A stretch of 64,000 nt of DNA from contig JABHWZ010000002.1 in assembly GCA_018657525.1 (NCBI GenBank), positions 84,590 through 148,589 of the forward strand. The letters are read 5' to 3'. The DNA comes from an archaeon. Lineage in GTDB: Archaea > Nanobdellota > Nanobdellia > Pacearchaeales > GW2011-AR1. The translations under genes and the position numbers were made by a program. Positions 1-9,163 of the stretch are shown in pieces. How positions within the stretch are numbered: the stretch's first letter is position 1; the number at the start of each line of letters is the position of its first letter. The notes beneath the pieces are model-generated. The model was given only the letters and a program-made list of their open reading frames with translations. It made no database searches and had not been told where the DNA came from.

Positions 1-293
1 ATAAAGAACAAGGGACCAAAAAAGTCTCAAAAGTTTTTTTGGGTGCTGACGCCATTCTTAAAAAAGGAATAATAAATAAGATTGGAAGTGAAACAATCGC
101 TAGAATTGCTAAACAAGAAAAAATCCCCCTTTACATAATTGCTGATTCTTGGAAAAAATCCCCTAAACAAGTTAAACTGGAGCAAAGATCTTTTAAGGAA
201 ATATGGAAAAAATCCCCTCGAGAAATAAAAATAAAAAACCCAGCTTTTGAGCTTGTTCCAAAAAAACTAATCACTAAAATAATTACAGAATGA
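1..293 (+). CDS. eIF-2B alpha/beta/delta family protein (ribose-1,5-bisphosphate isomerase-like), C-terminal fragment; 5' end lies off the window
   Basis: Frame 3 is open from base 3. ...KVFLGADAILKKGIINKIGSETIARIAKQEKIPLYIIADSWK resembles the conserved C-terminal core of the eIF-2B/MtnA/e2b2 family. Confidence 0.6.
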   Translation, partial: KEQGTKKVSKVFLGADAILKKGIINKIGSETIARIAKQEKIPLYIIADSWKKSPKQVKLEQRSFKEIWKKSPREIKIKNPAFELVPKKLITKIITE

Positions 294-388
294 ATAGGTT
301 TAAAAGTCCCCAAATTATCCCTTAATATGTTAAAGTTTAGGAAGGTACACAATTTAGTTCTATTTATAGAATTGTAAGGAGGATTAAT

Positions 389-640
389 ATGAAGATATAT
401 GTAGGTAACTTGCCTTGGAGTGTCGATAATGAAGGATTGAAAAAGATCTTTGAAGGTTTCGAACTTGAAGAAGCAACAATTATCCAAGATAAGTTTTCTG
501 GTCGATCAAAAGGATTTGGTTTTGCAACAATCACTGATGATGCATCAGCTCAAAAGGCTATTGAAGCACTGAACGGAAAAGAAATCGAAGGAAGAGAATT
601 GAAAGTTTCAGAGGCCAAACCAATGGAAAACTCTCGATAA
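389..640 (+). CDS. RRM-domain RNA-binding protein (83 aa)
   Basis: RNP-2 (KIYVGNL) and RNP-1 (KGFGFATI) motifs at canonical spacing. Strong SD AAGGAGG lies 8 nt upstream of the ATG. Confidence 0.85.
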   Translation: MKIYVGNLPWSVDNEGLKKIFEGFELEEATIIQDKFSGRSKGFGFATITDDASAQKAIEALNGKEIEGRELKVSEAKPMENSR

Positions 641-690
641 ATCAAAACTTTTAAGTTTTGATAACATTTTATTTTTTATTGTTTTTATTA
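641..690 (+). terminator. hairpin plus T-tract downstream of the RRM gene
   Basis: Perfect inverted repeat ATCAAAACTT/AAGTTTTGAT (641-662) followed by T-rich runs. Confidence 0.45.
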
Positions 691-727
691 TAATAATCCT
701 TATTAATTAGTTCTAATTCATCTTTTG

Positions 728-1207
728 ATGAAAGAACTAATTAGAAATTTATTCCCTGTCAAACAAGCCGGTGCAATGAATTATCTTTGGGAAGATGACC
801 CTGCCTTGAGATTATCTGTTGCCAAGTCTGTGGGAACAAAATTATTAAGCAAAGAGGCAATTTATTCTGATGCCCCTTCCCAAGTTATGGCCCTAATGTC
901 TTTAGCGAGTTTTGCTAATTCAGACCAAGAATGTATTCATGTTGCTGGTGCAATAAATAAATTAGTAACCTCTCGCGACCCGCTCCCATTAGTTTCCGTC
1001 CATAGGGGTTATGCTTTAGCATCAAGATGTTTAATTTCATTAGGAATGTTTTACAAAGGAATCGAGCATCGCCATAAATACCATGGAGCTCCCAATCCCT
1101 CGTTTTATCGTAAAATAGGAAAACAAACTTTTGATACAATTGGACAAAAAGGAATAGCAGGAAATTTTGAAAAATGGGAAACTTTCCTACAAGAAATTTT
1201 TATATAA
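728..1207 (+). CDS. hypothetical protein (159 aa)
   Basis: Long ORF in AT-rich DNA; first ATG at 728 (the track start at 725 is TTG). No recognisable motif. Confidence 0.5.
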   Translation: MKELIRNLFPVKQAGAMNYLWEDDPALRLSVAKSVGTKLLSKEAIYSDAPSQVMALMSLASFANSDQECIHVAGAINKLVTSRDPLPLVSVHRGYALASRCLISLGMFYKGIEHRHKYHGAPNPSFYRKIGKQTFDTIGQKGIAGNFEKWETFLQEIFI

Positions 1208-1609
1208 TTATTGACTCTCCCTAAATTTTTCAACTAAACCAGTCATTTCTTTATTAATTTGTTCTAGAGTTTTTTCCAACTCAACTTTGGCAACTTCTAA
1301 TTTTTCCAGTTGTCCTTGAATAATTTCATTTGTGCCATCAATATCTTTTTTAACTAAATTTTTATTTCCAACATCTACAATTAATTCTTCCGAAATAATC
1401 TTGGCTTTAACAAAAATTCCTTTTCCAATCTGCGCCAAAATTTCTGAATCTTTTTTTCCTTTTAATTCAGTTATTCCTTTGATTAAATCATCCATATCTA
1501 CCCTCGCATTTTCAACCGCTTGAATTTGTTGATGAATGTTCTGAATCTGTTGTTCATACATTTGCAATTTATAAATCAGCTCTTGTTGATTTGCATTTGG
1601 TTGTTCCAT
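1208..1609 (-). CDS. pfdA: prefoldin alpha subunit
   Basis: Two coiled-coil arms flanking a central beta-hairpin region (GKGIFVKAKI...LIVDVG). ATG at 1609 overlaps the upstream stop as TAATG; the track start at 1636 is TTG. Confidence 0.7.
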   Translation of the reverse strand: MEQPNANQQELIYKLQMYEQQIQNIHQQIQAVENARVDMDDLIKGITELKGKKDSEILAQIGKGIFVKAKIISEELIVDVGNKNLVKKDIDGTNEIIQGQLEKLEVAKVELEKTLEQINKEMTGLVEKFRESQ

Positions 1610-2091
1610 TATTCTTGCTCCTCCTTGTCTTCCCAAAAACTTTCAAATTTTTTGTGGTATTTTTTCATGATTTCTGAAAATTCTCCCCTATCAAATTCAG
1701 TCAACTCATCAATAAATTTTCCTTCTTCAGAAGTTTCTTCAAATGAAAGACGCTTTGATTTTCTCACAAAATACATAATTTTCGCAATTAACTGATAAAT
1801 CTCTTGCTTTTCTTCTTGACTCAGTTTTTTAGCTTCTGCAGAATAAATCATATCTTGAGGATTTGGCATAATCCATGAATGCAAAACTGACACCCAAGAA
1901 TAAACTTTCTCACTAATTCGATTAATCAGCTGTCTTGAAAAGTTCGGACTCACATAGCCGTCAGTCAGAATCATGTCTTCAATAAATCCAACCTTCTCCA
2001 AATCTTCATAACTTGATTTAAACCCTAAATCCTTTTTCAATTTTGCAAATTCAGTTTTCAATTCTTCTAATAATTTTTCTTTTCTTTCCAT
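1609..2091 (-). CDS. hypothetical protein (160 aa), translationally coupled to pfdA
   Basis: Long ORF whose stop overlaps the pfdA start by 1 nt. Confidence 0.55.
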   Translation of the reverse strand: MERKEKLLEELKTEFAKLKKDLGFKSSYEDLEKVGFIEDMILTDGYVSPNFSRQLINRISEKVYSWVSVLHSWIMPNPQDMIYSAEAKKLSQEEKQEIYQLIAKIMYFVRKSKRLSFEETSEEGKFIDELTEFDRGEFSEIMKKYHKKFESFWEDKEEQE

Positions 2092-2125
2092 AAATATTCG
2101 AGAATTAATTAGTTTAAAAGTCTTA

Positions 2126-2683
2126 CTACGCTGCCTTCATCCACTTTCTTAAGAATCCACTAAATATCATTACAAAAATTAAGTAATACCAGAACCAAGT
2201 CATAAATCCAAAAAATCTGAAATCTGGAATTGCCGAAAAATAATCCATGAACCATCTAAATAATAATATAAACGGAATAATTGTGAAAACACTCCCCTTC
2301 ATTGTAATACTCATAATCTTCCCAGTAATCTCTAAATTTTTGGACATATTTTTCTTATTCATTTCCATCATCTTTTGAGGATCGTCTTTATACTGTTTTA
2401 ATTCTTGTTGCAGTTCTTTCTGCTCTTTTTTCAATTCCCGTAGAGCATCTTGATCTGTTGCATATTTTTGAACTGCAGTAGTAATAGCCGCGATAAAGAA
2501 AACTAAAATTGTCATTCCCCATGCAAGATTCCAATTTAATAAAGACCCAATAGTCGGATCAAGAACAGCATGCACCCCGTTTTTTATATACGGTACACTT
2601 TGCCAAAGACTAGCAAGAACCAACGCTAAAACCATTAATCCAAACATCATTCCAAAAGCCTTTGCCATCCCTTTGTCGTCCAT
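2126..2683 (-). CDS. DUF106 / EMC3-TMCO1-like membrane protein (archaeal YidC/Oxa1-like insertase)
   Basis: TM helix, then a charged coiled coil (ELKKEQKELQQELKQYKDDPQKMMEMNKK), then two TM helices. This is the typical DUF106 layout, and the family is usually near secY in archaea. Confidence 0.65.
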   Translation of the reverse strand: MDDKGMAKAFGMMFGLMVLALVLASLWQSVPYIKNGVHAVLDPTIGSLLNWNLAWGMTILVFFIAAITTAVQKYATDQDALRELKKEQKELQQELKQYKDDPQKMMEMNKKNMSKNLEITGKIMSITMKGSVFTIIPFILLFRWFMDYFSAIPDFRFFGFMTWFWYYLIFVMIFSGFLRKWMKAA

Positions 2684-2728
2684 CTTTGTTTAAAATTAAT
2701 TTACTTTATAAGTTTACCTCTTAAAGAA

Positions 2729-3325
2729 TTATCTTAATGGTTTAGCAAGTCTTAACCCAATATGGCACCCACCATATGAACATAACTCCAAATCAATTTT
2801 TCTATTATTGTGTGATTGGAAAACTGCCACACTTCCATCAGAGGGGGCATGATATCTCAGATTCCCCTTTCCAATATTTTCTCTGGGTAGTCCTTGACTT
2901 GTCGGATTACTTGTCCACTCTTCCAAGTTAATCCCTTCAAATCTGTGCTCTCTTAACCCATCAATAATTTTTTCTTTTGGACATGTGCCATCAGGGAATT
3001 TCTGATTATCTGTATACATATATAATCCATTAGAAGCTCGCTCAAATCTAGCATCAATTGCTTCAAAGTGATAAGCTTTTGGTTTTAAAATTTTCCCATA
3101 AATTCCCTCATTTTCTGAATCTTCTGATGTTTTTAAAAAATCTAAAAATTTTGCAAATTCATAAAGAGTCAGCATCCGCCCTTCTTCTGGATGAAAAAGA
3201 GTTTCCCATTGACACCCCCACCAATTTTTATCTTCTCCCCCCAAGCTTAATTCTTTTGCGATAGCTAATCCTAATTGCGGAACTTCAATGTACGGTTCTG
3301 AAATAACTTCTACTTTTGGCTTCAT
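2729..3325 (-). CDS. hypothetical protein (198 aa)
   Basis: Long ORF with an ATG start. There is only a weak resemblance of the C-terminus (GGCHIGLRLAKPL) to FGE/SUMF1-like folds, which is not enough to call. Confidence 0.5.
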   Translation of the reverse strand: MKPKVEVISEPYIEVPQLGLAIAKELSLGGEDKNWWGCQWETLFHPEEGRMLTLYEFAKFLDFLKTSEDSENEGIYGKILKPKAYHFEAIDARFERASNGLYMYTDNQKFPDGTCPKEKIIDGLREHRFEGINLEEWTSNPTSQGLPRENIGKGNLRYHAPSDGSVAVFQSHNNRKIDLELCSYGGCHIGLRLAKPLR

Positions 3326-3387
3326 AATTTAATAATAATCTCTTTGCTTTTAAATATTTATCTTTAAAATTTCCCCATTTCATAACG

Positions 3388-3395
3388 TTTATAAA
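3388..3395 (+). promoter_or_regulatory. TATA box candidate for secY
   Basis: TTTATAAA lies 22-29 nt upstream of the secY ATG, suggesting a leaderless or short-leader layout. Confidence 0.4.
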
Positions 3396-3416
3396 ACATA
3401 ATTCGCATACTTTATA

Positions 3417-4865
3417 ATGGTAGATTTACGTAAAATATTCAATCTAATTCCCGAAGTGAGAAAACCAGAAGAAAAGAAATTGGACTTTAATACAAAGTTA
3501 AAATGGACTTTGGTTATTTTGGGATTCTTTTTTGTTTTAGCAAACATCCCGCTTTTTGGTTTATCAAATAATGCTCTTGAACGATTTCAGTACCTTGCAA
3601 TCATCATGGGGACAGATTTTGGTTCAATTATTTCATTAGGTATCGGACCAATTGTAATGGCGTCGATTATTCTTCAATTATTAAGTGGAGCAGGAATAAT
3701 TAACATTGACCAATCAACAACCGAGGGAAAACGATTTTTCCAAGGAGTTCAAAAATTATTAGTTTTATTCTTTATTATTTTTGAAGCATTAGTTTATGTT
3801 TTAATGGGTGGACTTCAGGCCATGCCTGGTTTGGCCTGGCTACTAATAGCCCAATTAATTTTGGGTGGCTTAGCCATATTTTTTATGGACGAAGTTTGTC
3901 AGAAGTGGGGATTCGGATCAGGAATTAGTTTATTCATCGCAGCAGGAGTTTCATGGAGATTGTTTACTTCTGCTTTCCAGTTCGTCAATGCTCAAGGTGC
4001 AAACTGCCTACTTAGCTTTAAATCAACTCCTTGCGCAGGGAAAATTCTAGTTTTAATCCAGTCACTTATGAATGGAGATCAAATGCAATTCGGGGTCGCT
4101 CTTGCTGCTCTTCTAGCCACAATAATTATTTTCTTAGTGGTTGTCTGGGCTCAATCTTTGAAGGTAGAAATTCCATTAAGTTTCGGAAAAATTCGAGGCT
4201 ACGGAGTTAAGTGGCCATTATCTTTCTTTTACGCTTCAGTTCTTCCAGTAATTCTAGTTGCAGCTTTAATAGCAAACATCCAATTATTTGGAGGAATGTT
4301 AGAAAATGCAGCAGCACCATGCGTGACAGAAGGACTCGAGGCATCATGTACTTTCTTGCCTAAAGTGGCCTCTTATTTTGGATGGTTGGGACATTTTGTC
4401 AACGGACAAGCTGTATCTGGTTTAGCTTTCTGGTTAGGTTCCAGTCCAATTCTCGAACTAGCAATTAGGGGAAGTTTGCTGCCAATTCAAATACTTCAAG
4501 GTCTAATCCATGTTCTAGCGTTTGTAATTTTATGTTCAGTTTTCTCAGTCTTCTGGGTGAAAACTTCTGGAATGGACTCACGAGCACAAGCCGAAAAAAT
4601 AGCCGCTTCAGGATTACAAGTCGCAGGTTTCAGACAAGACACAAGAATCTTAGAAAGTATTTTGGACAGATATATTATGCCTTTGACAATTATGGGCGGA
4701 GCAGCAATTGGACTTTTAGCCTCGCTGACAAATCTTTTAGGAGCTTTAGTTTCAGGAACTGCAATACTATTAGTAATCATGATTATGTTCCAGTTCTACC
4801 AAAACATTGCACAGCAACATATGTCCGACATGAATCCAGCATTCAGAAAGTTCATGGGTCAATAA
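3417..4865 (+). CDS. secY: preprotein translocase subunit SecY
   Basis: 482 aa, about 10 TM segments. N-terminus (PEVRKPEEKKLDFNTKLKWTL...) and plug/TM2 region are typical of archaeal SecY/Sec61alpha. Confidence 0.95.
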   Translation: MVDLRKIFNLIPEVRKPEEKKLDFNTKLKWTLVILGFFFVLANIPLFGLSNNALERFQYLAIIMGTDFGSIISLGIGPIVMASIILQLLSGAGIINIDQSTTEGKRFFQGVQKLLVLFFIIFEALVYVLMGGLQAMPGLAWLLIAQLILGGLAIFFMDEVCQKWGFGSGISLFIAAGVSWRLFTSAFQFVNAQGANCLLSFKSTPCAGKILVLIQSLMNGDQMQFGVALAALLATIIIFLVVVWAQSLKVEIPLSFGKIRGYGVKWPLSFFYASVLPVILVAALIANIQLFGGMLENAAAPCVTEGLEASCTFLPKVASYFGWLGHFVNGQAVSGLAFWLGSSPILELAIRGSLLPIQILQGLIHVLAFVILCSVFSVFWVKTSGMDSRAQAEKIAASGLQVAGFRQDTRILESILDRYIMPLTIMGGAAIGLLASLTNLLGALVSGTAILLVIMIMFQFYQNIAQQHMSDMNPAFRKFMGQ

Positions 4866-4866
4866 A

Positions 4867-5139
4867 TTAAATATAGTCTCTTTCTTCTCGCCATTGTTGA
4901 ACTTTTCTTTGGCAATATTCCCTGAATCTTGGATCGCTAGTATACCAACCTTTATTCACAAGTCCCAATCCTGTTTTAACTGATCTTTTTCTTCCTGAAG
5001 AATCATAGAATAAAACTTTTCCATCTAATTCATTAATATCTAATCCAAAAAAATCTCTCATAAACAAAGTTAATGCATCCCCCTGAATTCCACAACTATC
5101 ATTATGTCCTTTTTCTTGTTGTTTTAAAATACTATTCAA
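4867..5139 (-). CDS. hypothetical protein; the 5' part is probably displaced by a frameshift (see findings)
   Basis: The ORF has no ATG (the track start is TTG). Its frame is open upstream to a TAG at 5245-5247, and an ATG at 5290 in another frame fits the operon packing. Confidence 0.4.
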   Translation of the reverse strand: MNSILKQQEKGHNDSCGIQGDALTLFMRDFFGLDINELDGKVLFYDSSGRKRSVKTGLGLVNKGWYTSDPRFREYCQRKVQQWREERDYI

Positions 5140-5289
5140 ATAATGTTTTAGAGCAGCTTTTTCTCCCCACTCGAGTTCAATTCCATAAGCTTGTTTTATT
5201 AATCTTGCTCCTTTTTCTAAATTACTTTGCAGAAAACTCTCTCTCTAGTCTAATTCCTTGAGGTTTAAATTCATCAACGAATTGGGTCA

Positions 5290-5889
5290 TTATTCAAACC
5301 TTCCATAAAATCCTGGCTTTGTCGGAGTTTCTCCCCAATGTGATTTTGTAACTAATGCAATATTGCTACCTTTCAACTCTCTCATTATAACATGTCGAAT
5401 ATATTTCTTTCCTTCTAACCTAAATCTTCCAACTTCCCAAATTTTATTTTGTATAAATGGGGCAGTTCCCAATTCCCTGATGAGGTGTGTTCCAACCCTT
5501 TTGTTTCTTTTATTTTCAACAACATCAATGAATCGAGTGTGATATCTCCAAAAATTATTTCCTTGTTTTACCCATTGTAATGCACAAATTCCAATTATCT
5601 CTCTCCCGCTTAAAGCCAAAATAGACCGGTCATATTTTTCATTTTCCAAAGTCAAATCCTCCTGCTTTTCCATGGGGGATAAATCAGCTTCGTTAAAATA
5701 GTTTGAATCATCAGTAAATCTTTCTTTAATCATCCTAGGACCCAAATATTGGAACTTAACAAACGTTGGACACCTGGAGAAAGGGTCATTCACTGAATTT
5801 TTCATATTTGACAAAATATTTTCCATCTCTAGATTATCCACAATTTTTATTTCAATTTTAGACCCGTCCTTTAGGACAGCAGAATTCAT
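5290..5889 (-). CDS. putative GNAT-family N-acetyltransferase
   Basis: IGICALQWV...VVENKRNKRVGTHLIREL resembles the GNAT motif A (Q/R-x-x-G-x-G/A) region. It abuts the upstream gene with 0 nt gap. Confidence 0.4.
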   Translation of the reverse strand: MNSAVLKDGSKIEIKIVDNLEMENILSNMKNSVNDPFSRCPTFVKFQYLGPRMIKERFTDDSNYFNEADLSPMEKQEDLTLENEKYDRSILALSGREIIGICALQWVKQGNNFWRYHTRFIDVVENKRNKRVGTHLIRELGTAPFIQNKIWEVGRFRLEGKKYIRHVIMRELKGSNIALVTKSHWGETPTKPGFYGRFE

Positions 5890-7356
5890 TTACAAATCTC
5901 CTGCCCAATAAATCTGAGCTTGTTCTCCGTCACATTCCACACAAACATCTCTTAAAACTGCACCATACTTTCTTCTTTCAACATTATTTGGAAAAGTCTG
6001 TTCTAACATTCTTATTTTAGATTGCAATCTCTGGGCATCATTTTTATTAATACCAATAACTGGATGAGAATTTTGTAATTCATGCAACGTTTGAATTAAA
6101 GATCCAAATGAATGCGTCGCTTCATGATATTTATCTCCAAAATATCTAGTAGGAACTATCATCCCTCTACATGGTTTCTTTACAAACTCTCCACATAAAT
6201 AATTAAATTTTTGATTTGTTTCCAAGCTGCCAATCTCTGTAATAAATAAAGGTAAAACAATATCTCCCTCTGAAATATCATATCCCTCAGTATCTTGGAG
6301 TACCACTAAATTGCCAGAAAATCTATCACTAACATAAGCATCTTCCATTCCAATTATTCCTCTAAGAGGCTCTTGCAATTCTACCATAATAATGTCTCTT
6401 TCTTTAGGGATAGAATATTTTCTAAGTTGATGTAAATGAGTCTCCCCTAAAGGATGGCTCAGCATACATCCCTCAATTTCAGCTTCTTCATTTCCAGTTT
6501 TTAATGATTCCAATAATCTAAAAAAAGAAAAAATATCTTCATCATAATCAAAATGCAAAGGATTACAAACATCTGCCAATAAATTTTCTCCAGGCAATCT
6601 CGAACACCATGTTTTATAATTATCATAATCATATGTTACTTGAAGAATTTGGGAGGGATCAGCTAATCTAATTATTTCTGAAACATCTTGTTTAACTCCA
6701 TTTTGTGAACTATGGAGGTAACTATCTTTTAAATTAAGGCATTTGGTTCCTTCTGGACCATTAAAAATAATTGAAACATTTTGTTGCTGAGAAATTTTTC
6801 CTACTAACGCACTTGTTAACCCTCTTGTTGAATAAATTATAGAATGATTTTTTTTAAGGTAAGTATGTGATTTAAAAACAAATCCAGTATCTTCTCCACC
6901 AAAACAAGGTTCTTGAAAATGTTGTGGCTTTCTCTCGTCATCCATCATGTAAAATTTTTCTCTTGACAGAGTATTAGCCATTACCTGACAAGCAACTCCT
7001 CCCGCTCCTGAATCTCGAACTTTCTCTATTGCTTCAATTAATTCCCCCACATATTTTTCTGGTTTTTTTGGGTCCCATAAACAGGTGTGACTTTCAAATT
7101 TTCCCGGACTCTCATTTCTATCTGAACTTCTTGCAATAATTAATTTAGGTTCCTCTGGTCCCCTAGTTAGTCTTACAGAAATTTCTTCTACTTTTCTATT
7201 ACCCTCAACCTTTTCATTTTCTGAAATTGCAAACCCCTTATCTACAACATATTTTCCTGTGTTTCTATTTATTAATTCAACTAACCCTTCTGTCTTTAAT
7301 CCAAATTCAGAAATATCTCCCTTTTCTTTAGCGAGGTCTTTTAACATTAGTGGCAT
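5890..7356 (-). CDS. hypothetical enzyme with a PPDK_N-like (PEP/pyruvate-binding, ATP-grasp) N-terminal region
   Basis: FGLKTEGLVELI...VVDKGFAIS and LIIARSSDRNESPGKFES resemble the GGK..L.EL...VP.GF and AVRSSA..ED..SFAG motifs. The gene starts 18 nt after the rpl15 stop. Confidence 0.4.
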   Translation of the reverse strand: MPLMLKDLAKEKGDISEFGLKTEGLVELINRNTGKYVVDKGFAISENEKVEGNRKVEEISVRLTRGPEEPKLIIARSSDRNESPGKFESHTCLWDPKKPEKYVGELIEAIEKVRDSGAGGVACQVMANTLSREKFYMMDDERKPQHFQEPCFGGEDTGFVFKSHTYLKKNHSIIYSTRGLTSALVGKISQQQNVSIIFNGPEGTKCLNLKDSYLHSSQNGVKQDVSEIIRLADPSQILQVTYDYDNYKTWCSRLPGENLLADVCNPLHFDYDEDIFSFFRLLESLKTGNEEAEIEGCMLSHPLGETHLHQLRKYSIPKERDIIMVELQEPLRGIIGMEDAYVSDRFSGNLVVLQDTEGYDISEGDIVLPLFITEIGSLETNQKFNYLCGEFVKKPCRGMIVPTRYFGDKYHEATHSFGSLIQTLHELQNSHPVIGINKNDAQRLQSKIRMLEQTFPNNVERRKYGAVLRDVCVECDGEQAQIYWAGDL

Positions 7357-7374
7357 TTTAATTGTAGCCCCTTT

Positions 7375-7890
7375 TTATTTTTTGTCTTTACTTTCAGATT
7401 TTTTCTTAGAATCTTTTTCAACAACTTTCTTATCTTCTTTCTTTGTTTCAGATTTCTTAATAACTTTTTCCTTTACAACTGGTAAAATTATTTTTCCACC
7501 AGCTTTCTCAATTTTTTGAATTGCTGATTTTGATGCCTGGAAAGCTGTAATTTCAAATTTATCTTTGACTTCTCCCCCACCTAGAATTTTGTGCTTTGAT
7601 AAATTTATTTTCCCTGCTTTAAAGTCTAATTGAATCTGCCCAACATTAATTCTTTTTCGAGTATCTCTAGCTGTTGCTCTACTTGTAATTCCTTGTTTCC
7701 CAAAGTAATCGTTTCCATATAATTTTGTAATTAAAGTTTTTTTGTGATCTGCTCTCTTACCTGAACCAGCCATACCAACTCCCCCTCGATGTCCGTGTCC
7801 TTTTCGTTTCTTTCTTGCTCCGCCACCATGTGTTCCCATATTCTTCCCATGCATTCTCGACGACTTTGTTCGTTTTTTTATTTTTATCAT
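7375..7890 (-). CDS. rpl15: 50S ribosomal protein uL15 with a Lys-rich C-terminal extension
   Basis: SSRMHGKNMGTHGGGARKKRKGHGHRGGVGMAGSGKR is the uL15 signature. Confidence 0.9.
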   Translation of the reverse strand: MIKIKKRTKSSRMHGKNMGTHGGGARKKRKGHGHRGGVGMAGSGKRADHKKTLITKLYGNDYFGKQGITSRATARDTRKRINVGQIQLDFKAGKINLSKHKILGGGEVKDKFEITAFQASKSAIQKIEKAGGKIILPVVKEKVIKKSETKKEDKKVVEKDSKKKSESKDKK

Positions 7891-7891
7891 T

Positions 7892-8260
7892 TTACAACAT
7901 CCTCCTAATTAATTCATTAATTTTATCTTTGTGATTTCCTAAAACTCCTTTTTTAACTCCGAAATGTTTCTTTGAGTCAATTCCTCCTCGTGCTGGATGC
8001 AATCTAAAGAAAGGTTTTAGTTTTCCATCAACATCTTTTTTCCCTCGCTTTGCAACAAGTTCTTTGTAAGTAGCGTCGTCGATTTCTCCATAAGCAACAA
8101 AATCTCTCAATGTTTTAATCATTCCCATTTGTTCCTTTGAAGGTTTTTCTAAGATCACACAAACATATTTTCTTCTAAGTCGTAATCTATCTAGAGTTTC
8201 AGCTATATCTCTATTAATTCCAATCATTCCTTTAATTCGGATTACAGCTATTTTATTCAT
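7892..8260 (-). CDS. rpl30: 50S ribosomal protein uL30 (L7e)
   Basis: IAVIRIKG...TLDRLRLRRKY...GEI...INELIRRM is the archaeal L30 pattern. The position between S5 and L15 fits. Confidence 0.85.
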   Translation of the reverse strand: MNKIAVIRIKGMIGINRDIAETLDRLRLRRKYVCVILEKPSKEQMGMIKTLRDFVAYGEIDDATYKELVAKRGKKDVDGKLKPFFRLHPARGGIDSKKHFGVKKGVLGNHKDKINELIRRML

Positions 8261-9162
8261 TGTGCTCCCTCCACATTTGTTTTCTTTAAAGCATTAATAC
8301 AAGCTTTCGCTAAATTAAAAGTTGTCCTTTGCTGCCCATCTGTTCTACTATAGACATCTTTAATTCCTGCAAGTTTTAAAATTTTCTTTAATTCATTTGC
8401 AACAGCTAATCCAGTTCCCTGCGGAGCAGGTATCAAAGTAACTTTAACACTTCCAGATTTTCCAGTAACCTTAAATGGAACAGTATGTAATTCTGCACAA
8501 GCACAATCAAACGAAGCACAAGACCGTCCAATTTTCATAACATTCAGTTTTGCCTTTCTAATCCCTTTATCCCTCGCTGGCAAAGTTTCTTGAGACTTTC
8601 CAGATCCAATTCCAATGTGCCCATTTTCATCCCCAACTACTGCCATTGTAGAAAATGTAGGAACATTTCCTTCCTTAGTTTTTCTTTGAGTTTGTCTCCA
8701 CGCTCTTCTTTTTCCACCACCAAACTTTCCTTTAGCTTGTCCAATGGCAATTAAATCAGTTTTAACAATTAGCAAACAATCAATAATTTGCGGCTCTAAT
8801 ATTTTTTTATCTGCTTCTAAAATTTCATCAATACTTTTAACTTTCCCGTCCTTAACCTCTCTACCTAATTTTGTCTTTGGCTCCCATTCTGCAACAATCT
8901 CTTCCCGAGTTTTTTCATTTCTTCTTCTTCCTCTCCGCGGCCTTCCTTTCTTTTTATCTTCCTTATCCTTTTCTTCCATTTTAACAATCTTCTTTTCTTT
9001 CTCAGCTTTAGTAGATGGATCTTCTGCTTCTTTCTTAATTTCTTTTTCAATCATTTTTTCACTAACTGTTTCAGCATTCGCTGCTTTATCTAACGCTGTT
9101 TCTTCTGAAAGAGCGCCTTGCGCTTCAACAGTTTTTTTTACTTCTTCGTCTATTTTTGCCAT
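8257..9162 (-). CDS. rps5: 30S ribosomal protein uS5 with an N-terminal Lys/Glu-rich extension of about 95 aa
   Basis: The core FSTMAVVGDENGHIGIGSGKSQE...PAPQGTGLVA is uS5. The ATG at 9162 lies 1 nt after the rpl18 stop; the track start at 9198 would overlap rpl18. Confidence 0.9.
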   Translation of the reverse strand: MAKIDEEVKKTVEAQGALSEETALDKAANAETVSEKMIEKEIKKEAEDPSTKAEKEKKIVKMEEKDKEDKKKGRPRRGRRRNEKTREEIVAEWEPKTKLGREVKDGKVKSIDEILEADKKILEPQIIDCLLIVKTDLIAIGQAKGKFGGGKRRAWRQTQRKTKEGNVPTFSTMAVVGDENGHIGIGSGKSQETLPARDKGIRKAKLNVMKIGRSCASFDCACAELHTVPFKVTGKSGSVKVTLIPAPQGTGLAVANELKKILKLAGIKDVYSRTDGQQRTTFNLAKACINALKKTNVEGAQ

Positions 9163-9163
9163 T

